Positions 35,601 to 48,700 of a DNA stretch of 64,000 nucleotides are shown here, piece by piece. Each line of letters opens with the position of its first letter. Position 1 is the stretch's first letter. Origin of the DNA: Squalus acanthias (lineage: Eukaryota); NCBI GenBank assembly GCA_030390025.1, contig CM059432.1:153762001-153826000 (forward strand), given 5' to 3'. Below the pieces are notes generated by a model. It was not told the origin of the DNA and ran no database searches. It was given only the letters and a program-made list of their open reading frames with translations. A program made the translations under genes and the position numbers.

Positions 35601-37565
35601 GTAAAGGTCAAGGGTGGGACCAACAAGCCCAGGGAACCCTGGATGTCAAGGGATGTACAAGAATGGATTAGGAAAAAAAGGGAGGCTTTTGGCAGATACA
35701 AAGGACTAAAAACAGTGGAAGCCCTAGAGTATAGAAAGTGCAGGGGGGGTACTTAAAAAAGAAATTAGGAGAGCGAAGAGGGGGCATGAAAAAACACTGG
35801 CGGGCAAAATAAAGGAAAATCCCAAGGTGTTTTATAAGTATATTAAGGGCAAGAGGATAAACAGGGAAAGAGTAGGGCCCATTAGGGACCAAAGTGGCAA
35901 TCTGTGTGCAGAGCCGGAAGATGTGGGTGAGGTTTTAAATGAATATTTTGCATCTGTGTTCACGATGGAGAAGGACGATGTAGGCATAGAAATCAGGCAG
36001 GGGGATTGTGATATACTTGAACAAATTAGTATTGAGAGGGAGGAGGTACTAGCGGTTTTAGCAGGCTTAAAAGTGGATAAATCCCCAGGTCCAGACGAGA
36101 TGTATCCCAGGCTGCTGTGTGAGGCAAGGGAGGAGATTGCAGGGGCTCTGACACAAATTTTCAGATCCTCTCTGGCCACAGGGGAGGTGCCAGAGTACTG
36201 GAGGACAGCTAACGTAGTACCATTATTCAAGAAGGGTAGTAGGGATAAACCAGGGAATTACAGGCCAGTGAGCCTAACATCAGTGGTAGGGAAATTATTG
36301 GAAAAAATTCTGAGGGACAGAATTAGTCTCCACTTGGAAAGGCAAGGATTAATCAAGGATAGTAAGCATGGCTTTGTCAGGGGGAGATCATCTCTAACCA
36401 ATTTGATTGAATTTTTCGAGGGGGTGACTAGGTGCGTGGATGAGGGTAGTGCAGTTGATGTGGTCTACATGGACTTCAGTAAGGCTTTTGACAAAGTCCC
36501 GCATGGGAAACTGGTCAAGAAGGTAAGAGCCCATGGGATCCAGGGCAATTTGGCACATTGGATCCAAAATTGGCTTAGTGGCAGGAGGCAGAGGGTGATG
36601 GTCGAAGGTTGTTTTTGTGACTGGAAGCCTGTGTCCAGTGGTGTACCGCAGGGATCGGTGCTGGGTCCTTTGCTGTTTGTAGTGTACATTAATGATTTAG
36701 ATATGAATGTAGGAGGTATGATCAGTAAGTTCGCAGATGACACGAAAATTGGTGGAGTGGTAAATAGCGAGGAGGGAAGCCTCAGGCTACAGGACTATAT
36801 AGACGGGTTGGTCAGATGGGCAGAACAGTGACAAATGGAATTTAACCCTGAAAAGTGTGAGGTGATGCATTTTGGGAGGACTAACAAGGCAAGGGAATAC
36901 ACAATGAATGGTAGGACACTAGGAAGGACAGAGCATCAGAGGGACCTTGGTGTGCATGTACATAGATCCCTGAAGGCAGAACAGGTAGATAAGGTGGTTA
37001 AAAAGGCATATGGGGTACTTGCCTTCATTAGCCGAGGCATAGAATATAAGAGCAGGGAGGTTATGATGGAGCTGTACAAAACGCTAGTTAGGCCACAGCT
37101 GGAATACTGTGTGCAGTTCTGGTTGCCACACTATAGGAAGGATGTGATTGCATTGGAGAGGGTGCAGAGGAGATTCACCAGGATGTTACCTGGGCTGGAG
37201 CGCTTCAGCTATGAAGAGAGACTGGACAGGCTGGGGTTGTTTTCCTTCGAGCAGAGAAGGCTGAGGGGGGGACCTGATTGAGGTGTACAAAATTATGAGG
37301 GGCATAGATAGGGTAGATAGAAAGGAACTTTTCCCCTTAGTAGAGGGGTCAATAACCAGGGGGCATAGTTTCAAGGTAAGGGGCAGGAGGTTTAGAGGGG
37401 ATTTGAGGAAAAACTTTTTCATCCAGAGGGTGGTTGGAACCTGGAACTCACTGCCTGAAAGGGTGGTAGAGGCAGGAACCCTCAACATTCAAGAAGCATT
37501 TAGATGAGCACTTGAAACGCCAGAGCATACAAGGCTACGGACCAAGTGCTGGAAAATGGGATTAG
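32613..37565 (+). pseudogene. CR1 ORF2 of the host element, interrupted, with frameshifts and a premature stop
   Basis: VMDLI|LGNVAG rejoins across the insert; stop at 36829-36831; frameshifts near 35750 and 37270. Confidence 0.85.
33297..35321 (+). mobile_element. Nested 5'-truncated CR1 with uninterrupted RT
   Basis: TSD CTAATT at 33291-33296 and 35322-35327; RT frame open to 35089. Confidence 0.9.
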
Positions 37566-37719
37566 AATAGATAGGGCTAGATGGCCGGCGTGGACACGAT
37601 GGGCCGAAGGGCCTCTCTCTGTGCTGTATAACTCTATGACTCTATGACTAACGTCGGAAAATATTCCTAGGACCCTCACAGAGGCATAAGGAAAATCGGC
37701 ACTGAGCCAAGTGGAGAGA

Positions 37720-38383
37720 TAAGAACATAAGAACTAGGAGCAGGAGTAGGCCATTTGGCCTCTCGAGCCTGCTCCGCCATTCAATAAGATCATGGCTGAT
37801 CTTCTACCTCAACTCCACTTTCCTGCACTATCCCCATATCCCTTGATTCCCTTAATATCCAAAAATCTATCGACCTCTGTCTTGAATATACTCAACGACT
37901 GAGCCTCCACAGCCCTCTGGGGTAGAGAATTCCAAAGAATCACCACCCTCTGAGTGAAGAAATTTCTCCTCATCTCAGTCCTAAATGGCCGACCCCTTAT
38001 CCTGAGACTGTGACCCCTGGTTCTAGATTCCACAGCTAGGGGAAACATCCTCCCTGCATCTACCCTGTCAAGCCCTGTAAGAATTTTGTATGTTTCAATG
38101 AGATCACCTCTCATTCTTCTAAACTCTGGAGAATATAGGCCTAGTCTACTCAATCTCTCCTCAAAGGACAATTCCCCCATCCCAGGAATCAGTCTGGTGA
38201 ACCTTTGTTGCACTCCCTCTATGGCAATTACATCCTTCCTTAGGTAAGGAGACCAAAATTGTACACAATACTCCAGGTGTGGTCTCACCAGGGCCCTATA
38301 TAATTGCAGTAAGACGTCTTTACTCTTGTACTCAAATCCTCTTGTAATAAAGGCCAACATACCATTTGCTTTCCTAATTGCCT
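37720..38383 (-). mobile_element. CR1 3' fragment
   Basis: ORF 37809-38360 and TTCTTATG tail. Confidence 0.9.
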
Positions 38384-38384
38384 G

Positions 38385-39465
38385 GAGGAGGATTACAAGG
38401 GGTAACCAAAAGCTTGTTCATGGAGGTGGGTCTTGAGGAGTCCTAAAAAAGAGATAGGTGGAGATTTGATGGTGTTTTGGGAAGGATTTCTAGAGTAGGA
38501 CCTAGACGACTGGGTTAACGTGGCGGGGGGGAGGTTACACAAGAGGCTGGAATCAGAGGAACAGAGAGTTTTTTGAGAGGGGAGGATTGAAGGGGAGGAA
38601 GAGGTTATAGAGATAGGACGTGGCTAGGTCATAGAGGGATTTAAACACAGCATAGGAACAGGAGTTGGCCATTCAGCCCCTTGAGCCTGTTCGCCATTCA
38701 ATTAGATTATTGCTGTTCTGTATCTTAACTCCATCAACCCGTCTTGGTTCCATAACCCTTAATACCCTTGCCTAACAAAAATCTAGCAATATCAGTTTTG
38801 ACATTTTCAATTGATCGAGCCTCAACAACAGCTTTTTGGGGAAGAGAGTTCCAGATTTCCACTACCCTTTGTGTGTCAAAGTGCTTCCTGACTTCATCCC
38901 AAACGGTCTAGCTCGAATTTTAAGGTTATGCCCCCTTGTTCTGGACACTCCACCAGAGGAAACAGTTTCTCTATCTACTCTATCAACTCCTTTAATCTTA
39001 AACGCTCAATTAGATCACCCGTTAATCTTCTATACTCAAGGGAATGCAGTCCTAGTCTATGCAGCCTGTCCTCATACATAATTGAACCCTTTTAGCCCAA
39101 GAATGAAAATTTGAAATTGGAGATGCTGGGGGACAGGGAGCCAATATAGGTCAGCGAGGACAGGATTGATGGGTGAGTGGGACTTGTTGCAGGATAGGAT
39201 ACAGGCAGCAGAGTTTAGGATGAGCTGCAGTTTATGATGGGCGGTAGATGGGATGCTGGTCTGGAGAGCATTGGACGAATTCGAATCTGGAGGTGACAAA
39301 GATGTAAATGAGGATTTCAGCGGTGGATGGGCTGAGGCAGGGGCAGAAGCAGGTGTAGGTAGGCAAGATTTGTGATGGAGAGGATATGAAATCAGAAGTT
39401 CAGCTTGGGTCAAACAGGACGCCACGGTTGCGCGCAATCTGGTTCAGGCGGAGACAGTGGCCGGG
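38385..39465 (-). mobile_element. L2 3' region interrupted by an old CR1 fragment (38652-39100)
   Basis: KLQLILNSAA...PVLADLYWLPV; CR1 tail begins near 38652. Confidence 0.7.
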
Positions 39466-39727
39466 ATATACACTCCACAAGTTTAGTGTCAGTATGAAGC
39501 ATTGCACAGGTTAAGATTCCACTTTTCCCCAGTGCTATCCCGTTATTTCTTCCCCCCACCCCCTCCATTACCCACCTACTTTCCTCTCAAGACAAAAGTG
39601 ACAGATAGAAGAATTATGCCTAATGCCCATAAATATATATGATGTGGAGATGCCGGTGTTGGACTGGGGTGGACAAATGTGAGAAGTCGCAAAACACCAG
39701 GTTATAGTCCAACAGCTTTATTTGAAA

Positions 39728-39764
39728 TCACAAGCTTTCGGAGCGCTGCTCCTTCGTCGGGTGA
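39728..39764 (-). ncRNA. Hammerhead ribozyme copy with core mutation (CCGACGA)
   Basis: Same motif as 11309-11345 but with CUGA changed to CCGA; probably inactive. Confidence 0.65.
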
Positions 39765-41381
39765 AGTGAAGAGATGCATATAGTCACAGCCTATATAGTC
39801 AGAGAACACTGCCAGATGATTACAGTTAATCTTTCCAACTGCCCTTTATCACACCTCGGCAGAGAGATAATCACGGCTATCAAAGGTGTGGATGGTGTTC
39901 AAACAGGTCAGTCAGGAAAACATTACATCAAAGACAATGTGGCAGATGCTGGGGTCTGTATGGAAAACAAAAAACTTTTTTTGCTGGAAATCACAGCAGG
40001 TCCGGCCGCATCTGTGTAGAGAGAACAAGCCAACGACGACTCGAGTCTGGATGACTCTACGTCAGGTGGGGTTACATGTAGCGTGACATGAACCCAAGAT
40101 CCCGGTTGAGGTCGTCCTCATGGGTGTAGAACTTAGCTATCAGTTTCTGCTCGACGATTTTGCGTTGTCGTGTGTCTCGAAGGCCGCCTTGGAGAACGCT
40201 TACCCGAAGATCGGAGGCTGAATGTCCTTGACTGCTGAAGTGTTCCCCGACTGGGAGGGAACACTCCTGCCTGGCAATTGTTGTGCGGTGTCCGTTCATA
40301 TGTTGTCGCAGTGTCTGCATGGTCTCACCAATGTACCATGCTCCGGGATCTGCTCCGATGAGGAGGAACGCGATGGACACCTACAGACGCTGAAAGACGC
40401 CCTCGTAAGAACGGGATATGATGCTCAACTCGTCGATCGACAGTTCCGACGGGCCACAGCGAAAAATCGCATAGACCTCCTCAGAAGACAAACACGGGAC
40501 ACAACCAACAGAGTACCCTACGTCGTCCAGTACTTCCCCGGAGCGGAAAAACTACACCATGTTCTTCGCAGCCTTCAACATGTCATCGATGACGATGAAC
40601 ACCTCGCTAAGGCCATCCCCACGCCCCCACTACTCGCCTTCAAACAGCCGCCTAACCTCAGTGGTACCATCGCTCGCAGCAAATTATCCAGCTTTCAGGA
40701 GAACAGCGACCACGACACCACACAACCCTGCCACGGCAACCTCTGCAAGACATGCCAGATCATCAACACAGATACCATCATCACATGTGAGGACACCACT
40801 CACCAGATACATGGTACATACTCATGTGACTCGGCCAACGTTGTCTACCTCATACGTTGCAGAAAAGGATGCCAGGCAGGAGTGTTCCCTCCCAGTCGGG
40901 GAATACTTCAGCAGTCAAGGACATTCAGCCTCCGATCTTCGGGTAAACGTTCTCCAAGGCGGCCTTCAAGACACACGACAACACAAAATCGTCGATCAGA
41001 AACTGATAGCCAAGTTCCGCACCCATGAGGACGGCCTCAACCGGGATCTTGGGTTCATGTCACGCTACATGTAACCCCACCTGACGTAGAGTCATCCAGA
41101 CTCGAGTCGTCGTTGGCTTGTTCTCTCTACACAGATGTGGCCGGACCTGCTGTGATTTCCAGCAAAAAAAGTTTTTTGTTTTCCATACAGACCCCAGCAT
41201 CTGCCACATTGTCTTTGATGTAATGTTTTCCTGACTGACCTGTTTGGACACCATCCACACCTTTGATTGCCGTGATTATCTCTCTGCCGAGGTGTGATAA
41301 AGGGCAGTTGGAAAGATTAACTATAATCATCTGGCAGTGTTCTCTGACTATATATGCTGTGCCTATATGCATCTCTTCACT

Positions 41382-41418
41382 TCACCTGACGAAGGAGCAG
41401 CGCTCCGAAAGCTTGTGA
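41382..41418 (+). ncRNA. Minimal type I hammerhead ribozyme
   Basis: TCAC CTGACGA A GGAGCAGCGCTCC GAAA GC TT GTGA. Confidence 0.8.
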
Positions 41419-42364
41419 TTTCAAATAAAGCTGTTGGACTATAACCTGGTGTTGTGCGACTTCTCACATAAATATATAAAGCTGTGGTCATACAGTTTTG
41501 TTGTGTATGTACCCCTGTATCTCCCTTAAACAAAAAATTCCAAAAATAATATGACAATGTACATCCAAAACTAAAAGCTTTACTGCACACCAGAAGTCCC
41601 TTCTAGAACTCAGCACTACTTCATCCACTGGAACCTGAAAAGAGCAGTCAATATTGACCTGTTATATCAGTGAGAAACATTTACTTCACAAATCAGTAAA
41701 TCACTGCACTCAATTTGACCGTCCTCTACAATTCCACAGCCAGTAACCTCCGTGCTACTACCCACTAACACCAATTACCAGGAATAGGAAAATTCCTTGT
41801 AGGCACAGCAAATTATGATCCAATCATTCTATCCCTCAATGATCTGCAGCAAAACTACAAAAGGTGAATGGAACTCACACATCAACCTTCGATAAGTAAT
41901 GTTTACAAAGTTTAAAGAGATGGAAGTAAATTACAGACAGTGCTGTCCATCTCATAGCCCATCCCTGAGTGTGAGAGACACAAATGAACAGTTCAGGATC
42001 TGGGAGCCTGGGTAAAAGAAATGAGGGCTTGTCTTTCTTCAGTACCATTCCCACCCCATATGAGATAGAAAAACTGACATTGTTATTTGGAGGGGGAACA
42101 ATGAGTAAATTTCAACTGTCAGCTTGGCTGAGTTGGTAACACTGAGTCAGAAGGCTGTGGGTTCAAGTGCCACTCCAGAGTATGAGAGAACAATTGGCAA
42201 GTTCTTGAGAGCAAGATATTGGTCCTTGTTTTTACAGTTCTTTTCTATAGCACCTCTGTACTCAAGTGACATTCAATATTAGAATAAACTGCAAGCTTGC
42301 TTTGAGAGAAAGGAAGTGAGGCTGAGACTGGATGCAAACACCCAGCACTTGTTCTGAAATGTAA

Positions 42365-43200
42365 GCCTCAGTTATGTTCAAGAGCTTCCTAAGCTGACAC
42401 CTCAGTGCAGTACTGAGGAAGTTCTGCATCATCGGAGATGCCAACTTTTGGATGCAATGTTAAATTGAGGCCTCGTCTGCCTGTTCAGCTGGACATAAAA
42501 AGATCCAGAACATTATTTGGAGATTTCTCCTGGTATCCTGGCCACATTTCTGCCTCAACCAACACCACTAAAATAGAATAACTGGTCATATATCTAATTG
42601 CTGACTGTGGGATCTTGCTGTGTACAGAATGGCTGCCACATCAGCCTACATCAGTGGCTATACTTCAAAAGTAATCTATTGCTATTAAGCACTTCAGGAG
42701 TCCTGAGGACATAAAAGGTGCTATATAAATGCTAGCTTTTCCTCTTTTCTTTCTATATAGGGTATCTGCCATGGCTCAGTGGTAACATGCTCGTCTCCGA
42801 GTCAGAAGATTGTGGGTTCAAGCCGCACTCCAGCAACTTGAGCACATAATCTAGGCTAGCACTTTAGTGCAATACGGAGGGAGTGCTGCACTGTCGAGGT
42901 GCCATCTTTCGAATGAGACATTAAACTGAGGCCCCACCTGCCCTCTCAGGTGGACATAATAGATCCCATGGCACTATTTCGAAGAGCAGCAAGGGAGTTT
43001 TCCCTGGCCAATATTTATCCCTCAACCAACATCACTAAAACAAATTATCTGGTCAGTATCGTATTGCTGTGCGCTAATTGGCTGCCGCGTTTCCTAATTA
43101 CAGTAATGACTACACTTCAAAAAGTACTTAATTGGCTGTAAAGCGCTTTGGGACGTTCTGAGGTCGTGAAAGGTGCTGTATGATTACAAGTTCTTTCTTT
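42365..43200 (+). mobile_element. Two tandem Deu-type SINEs (about 42365-42750 and 42768-43200)
   Basis: Two successive cores and tails; second copy has head GGCTCAGTGG...GTGGGTTCAAG. Confidence 0.75.
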
Positions 43201-44385
43201 ATAAATGTATGATCATCTAGAGTGTTAGTTGATTAGCAGCCATTCTCGGCCTTTTGTATTGTATTGAAACCTGTCCATTTAACCATCGTAGCAATACAAT
43301 TGTTAACTATATTTTTAAAACTCCCCTTACAATGATAAACGTTAACAAGCTACATTGCATAGGATTACATAAGATATACGGCACAGAAACAGGCCATTCA
43401 GCCCATCCAGTCCATACCGGTGTTTATGCTCCACTCGAGCCTCCTCCTGTCTTTCCTCATCTAAATCTATCGGCATAACAATATACGGTCTGGAATACAT
43501 CGGTCCAAAAGTTCTTACCCAAATGAGAATCTCATATATACAGGGTTGAAAGGAGCAAAAACATTTCAGAGAATTCCACAGAACTTGTGTTTACTGGGCA
43601 AAGATAAAAAGTGAAGAATGTTGAATGTACCAGATGATGGACTGGAGTACATCTCTCTGACAGCACACTTGGATTATAATAATAATCTTTTTGATAATGG
43701 GATCCTCTGCGACTTGCAGCAAGTTGTATACAAGCAACAAACAATGTTAGGCAGTAGTAAAAGCTGATGTATTCCAGATAAAGAAGGGACAGGTGGAGAC
43801 ATTTAAAAGTGCAAAAGATTTTACACCAAATTTATTATCTCTGCGTGAATTTTATTGCCATTCTGCTGTTCCTTTAAAAGCAAAATAAGGTGGCACATCA
43901 CAGTGGGTCCCATAAATTCACAATCTTCCCCCAACCACAGCAAATTCTTGACCTTGTTTGTGCTGAAATTAATAAGCCTCAAGCAAATCCAGATATTGGA
44001 AGAGGCCCCTCCTCCCCTTGCACCAGAGTAGTGGATATGTGTAACAGATCTGTGCCTAACTCCTTCAAAACAAAACCTGAATAAATCTCTGAGAACAGAA
44101 TTAAACATTGTAGGGTTAGGTATAGACTGAGCTGATTAAATATTCCACAGGACATGATGTGCTTCTGCAGGGCACTGGTGGGATGAGATGGACAGCAGGC
44201 CAGGATTGAACAGTTTTGCAATAATTATATTTGGGGTTCAAAGGCCATTTATGCATAACTTTGCCTCAGGAAATTCAATAAGTGGAATAAATGGAGCCAG
44301 CCGTCAGTGAAAGCGTACCTCAGCAAGGAGTGAATGCCTACAGGAGAGGGAAGAATGGCAGTGAGAATTTAAATAAATACATTAA

Positions 44386-45251
44386 GGGGGAAAAATTCGG
44401 TTGCTTTGCGCCTCCCGTTAGCGCTAATGGGGCGCAAAGCAACTGGCGCCCGGGCACGGCGATGTTTGCGCCGCTCACGAAATTGACCAGACATTTTGCA
44501 GCGGCACTAAACACTACCGCCACGATCTCCTGCGCCCGCAGGTCGTGACGTCAGCCGAGCGTGCAACGCCTTGGTAGCGCCCCGGACCGGATATTGAGTG
44601 GCGCCCCCTGCCTTTCCGCCTACCACTAGCAACGACAGGTTGAGGGGAACGTTTTGCAGTCGGGAAGGGAGCGCTATTTAAAGGCGACTGCTTCCTGCCT
44701 TTTTTTGTCGGTGACATTTTTGCACCACGCATTCTGAGAGAGAGAGACTTCTGGAGAGATTCAATGCTGTGTGAAGGAGTTTTGGGTACTGAGCAGCACT
44801 TTGCAGGTTCATTTTGATTTGACCTTCCTTGCATCGATTTAGAAGAGACTTGGGGGCTGCACTCTGAGCTCCTTCCCTGGGCCTCTCCATTGTTCTTTCC
44901 AGCAGATTTGATGTACAGATCTCTCCAGGCCGAGATTCAAGGCTGCAATGAGCAGGGTGTGGATGGAGAGCAAGATCGACCCTCCCCTTTAAGAACTGGC
45001 CGTCGTCAGTGTGTCTGTGTTCCATTGCTGACTGACATCACATGAGATTCGTCAGCGCTCTGAGGTAGCGCCTCGCTCCTCGGCGTTAGCGCCTTAAGAG
45101 AGGTGTGTAGCGCCTGATTTAGCGCTCCAATCACCTCCAGGGGCAATAGAAGCCATGTTTGCAGTGGGAGGCCATAATTAGCACCAGGCGCTAAACTTTG
45201 CGCCCGGCAGATAATTGCGCCCCATATGGGGCGATACCGAATTTCTCCCCC
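44386..45251 (-). mobile_element. Non-autonomous Harbinger derivative of 18540-22887
   Basis: TIRs GGGGGAAAAATTC / GGGGGAGAAATTC; TAA TSD at 44383-44385 and 45252-45254; ends homologous to the full-length element. Confidence 0.92.
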
Positions 45252-45727
45252 TAAGTATATCCCATTGTCAGGTTACAGCTTTAAACTCAACAATCTAGCC
45301 TGATGATGTGCTATTGGGAGCATTCATTACTAAATCTCTTCTAGCAAGAACTGCAAAACAAAACTGCTCTGAAAGAAACATTTGCAATTAACAGTGAAAC
45401 AAGTAAGAACACTACTACCTTCACCCAACTCTACCCCTGCCTCAGCTCATCTGCTGCTGAAACCTTTATCTATGCCTTTGTTACCTCTAGACTTGACTAT
45501 TCCGGCCAGCCTCCCATCTTCCACCCTGCATAAACTTGAGCTCATCCTAAACTCTGCTGCCCGTATCCTAACTCGCACTAAGTCGCGTTCACCCATCACC
45601 CCAGTGCTCGCTGACCTACATTGGCTCCCAATCCAGCAATGCCTCAATTTTAAAGTTCTCATCCTTGTGTTCAAGTTCCTCCACGGCCTCACCCCACCCC
45701 ATCTCTGTAACCTCCTCCAGCCCGATA

Positions 45728-48700
45728 ACATAGAAACATAGAAAAATAGGAGCAGGAGCAGGAGCAGTCATTCGGCCCTTCGAGCCTGCTCCGCCATTCA
45801 ATATGATCATGGCTGATCCTCTATCTCAATACCATATTCCCGCTCTCTCCCTATACCCCTTGATGCCTTTCTCCTCATCTCAGTCCTAAATGTCCTACCC
45901 CGTATCCTGAGACTGTGACCCCTCGTTCTAGACCCCCCAGCCAAGGGAAACATCCTCCCTGCATCCAGTCTGTCTAGCCCTGTCAGAATTTTATACGTTT
46001 CAATGAGATCCCCTCTCATTCTTCTAAACTCTAGTGAATACAGGCCTAGTCGACCCAATCTCTCCTCATATGACAGTCCTGCCATCCCAGGAATCAGTCT
46101 GGTGAACCTTCGCTGCACTCCCTCTATGGCAAGTATATCCTTTCTTAGGTAAGACCAAAACTGCACACAGTACTCCAGGTGTGGTCTCACCAAGGCCCTG
46201 TATAACTGTAGTAAGACATCCTTGCTCCTGTACTCAAATCCTCTTGCAATGAAGGCCAACATACCATTTGCCTTCCTAACTGCTTGCTGCACCTGCATGT
46301 TTGCTTTCAGTGACTGGTGTACAAGGACACCCAGGTCCCTCTGTACATCAACATTTCCCAATCTATCACCATTTAAATAATACTCTGCCTTTCTGTTTTT
46401 CCTACCGAAGTAGATAACTTCACATTTATCCACGTTATACTGCATCTGCCATGTATTTGCCCACTCACTCAACTTGTCTAAATCGCCTTGAAGCCTCTTT
46501 GCATCGTCCTCACAACTCGCAATCCCACCTAGTTTTGTGTCGTCAGCAAACTTGGAAATATTACATTTGGTTCCCTCATGCAAATCATTGATATATATTG
46601 TGAATAGCTGGGGCCCAAGCACTAATCCCTGCGGTACCCCATTAGTCACCGTCTGCCACCCCGAAAAAGACCAATTTATTCCTACTCTCTGTTTCCTGTC
46701 TGTTAACCAATGCCAGTATATTACCCCCAATCCCACGTGCTTTAATTTTGCACACTAACCTCTTATGTGGGACTTTATCAAAGGCCTTCTGAAAATCCAA
46801 ATACACCACATCCACTGGTTCTCCACGAGTTACATCCTCAAAGAACTCCAGTAGGTTTGTCAAACACGATTTCCCTTCCATAAATCCATGTTGACTTTGT
46901 CTAATCCCGTTGATATTTTCTAAGGGGGAGAAATTCAGTATCGCCCCATTTGGGGCGCAATTATCGGCCGGGCGCAAAGATTAGCGCCTGGCACTAATTA
47001 TCGCCACCGACTGCAAGCTTGACTTTTATCGCCCCTGGAGGCGATTGGAGCGCTAAATCAGGCGTTTCACACCTGTCTTAAGGCGCAAAGGCCGAGGAGC
47101 GAGGCGCTACCTCAGAGCGCTGGCGAAGCTCATGTAATGTCAGTCAGCAATGGAACACACACACAATGGCACGGGCCAGTTCTTAAAGGGGATGGTTAAT
47201 CTTGCTTTCCATCCACATCCTGCTCATTGCAGCCTTGAATCTCGGCGTGGAGAGACCTAAACATCAAATCTGCTGGAAAGAACAATGGAGAGTACCAGGC
47301 AAAGAGCTCAGAGTGCAGCCCCCACAGTCTCTGCTAAATCGATACAAGGAATGGCAAATCAAAATGAACCTGCAAAGTGCTGCTGAGTACCCAAAACTCC
47401 TTCACACAGCATTGAATCTCTCCAGAAGTCTCTCTCTCTCTCTCAGAATGCGTAGTTAAAAAATGGCACCAACAATAAAAGGCAGGAAGCGGTCACCTTT
47501 AAATAGCGCTCCCCCTTTCCCTTCATGACTGCAGAACGCTCCCCTCAACCTGTCGTTGCTAGCGTCAGGCGGTAAGGCAGGGGGCGCCACTCAATATCCG
47601 CTCCGGGGCGATACCGGGGCGTTGCGCACTCGACTGACGTCACGATCTGCCGGCGCAGGAGATCGTGGCGGTAGTGTTTAGCGCCGCCGCAAAATGTCCA
47701 GTTAATTTCGCGAGCGGCGCAAACTTCGCCGTGCCTGGGCGCTAGATGCTTTGCGCCCCATTAGCGCCCTCTTAAGGCGCTAACGGGAGGCGCAACCAAC
47801 TGAATTTTTCCCCCTAAGTGTCCTGTTATCACATCCTTTATAATAGACTCGAGTATTTTCCCTACTGCTGATGTTAGGCTAACCGGTCGGTCTGTAGTTC
47901 CGTTTTCTATCTCCCTCCTTTTTTAAATAGTGGGGTTACATTTGCCACCCTCCAATCTGCAGGAACTGTTCCATAATCTATAGAATTTTGGAAGATGACA
48001 ACCATTGCATCCACTATTTCCATGGCTACCTCTTTTAGTACTCTGGGATGCAGATTATCAGGCCCTGGGGATTTATCAGCTTTTAGTCCCATTAATTTCT
48101 CCAGCACTATTTTTTTTTACTAATACTAATTTCCTTTAATTCCTCCTTCTCACTAGACCCTTGGTTCCCTAGCATTTCTGGGAAGTTATTTGTGTCCTCT
48201 TCTGTGAAGACAGAACCAAAGTATTTGTTTAATTGCTCTGCCATTTCCTTGTTCCCCATTATAAATTCTCCTGTTTCTGACTATAAGGGACCTACATTTG
48301 TCTTCACTAATCTTTTTCTTTTTACATACTTGTAGAAGCTTTTGCAGTCCGCTTTTATGCTCCTTGCAAGTTTACTCTCATACTCTATTTTTCCCCTCTT
48401 AATCAATCTCTAGGTCCTTTTTTGCTGAACTCTAAACTGCTCCCAATCCTCAGGCTTGCTACTTTTTCTGGCAACTTTATATGACTCCTCTTTGGATCTA
48501 ATACTATCCTTAATTTCTTTTGTTAGCCATGGCTCGGCGGCTTTTCCTTTTGTGTTTTTGCGCCAGAAAGGAATGTATAACTGTTGCAATTCATGCATTC
48601 GTTCCTTAAATGTTAGCCATTGCCTATCCACCGTCATGCCTTTTAATGAAGCTCCCCAATCTATCACAGCCAACTCACTCCTCATACCATCGTAGTTTCC

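Larger units (their letters stand above)
30943..37648 (+). mobile_element. Full-length CR1 LINE containing a nested CR1
   Basis: 5' monomers, ORF1, ORF2, (ACTCTATG)n tail; possible TSD TAATGT (30937-30942) / TAACGT (37649-37654). Confidence 0.92.
39640..41466. mobile_element. Penelope-like element, fold-back (same family as 11264-14234)
   Basis: Minus arm 39640-40347, plus arm 40348-41466; TSD CATAAATATATA at 39628-39639 and 41467-41478. Confidence 0.92.

Noticed and set aside
23921..44221. Candidate SUGCT exon 1 or MPLKIP exons (23921-24151, 27560-27742, 43821-44108)
   Set aside because: No stop-free frame ending in a phase-1 GT donor and no recognisable homology
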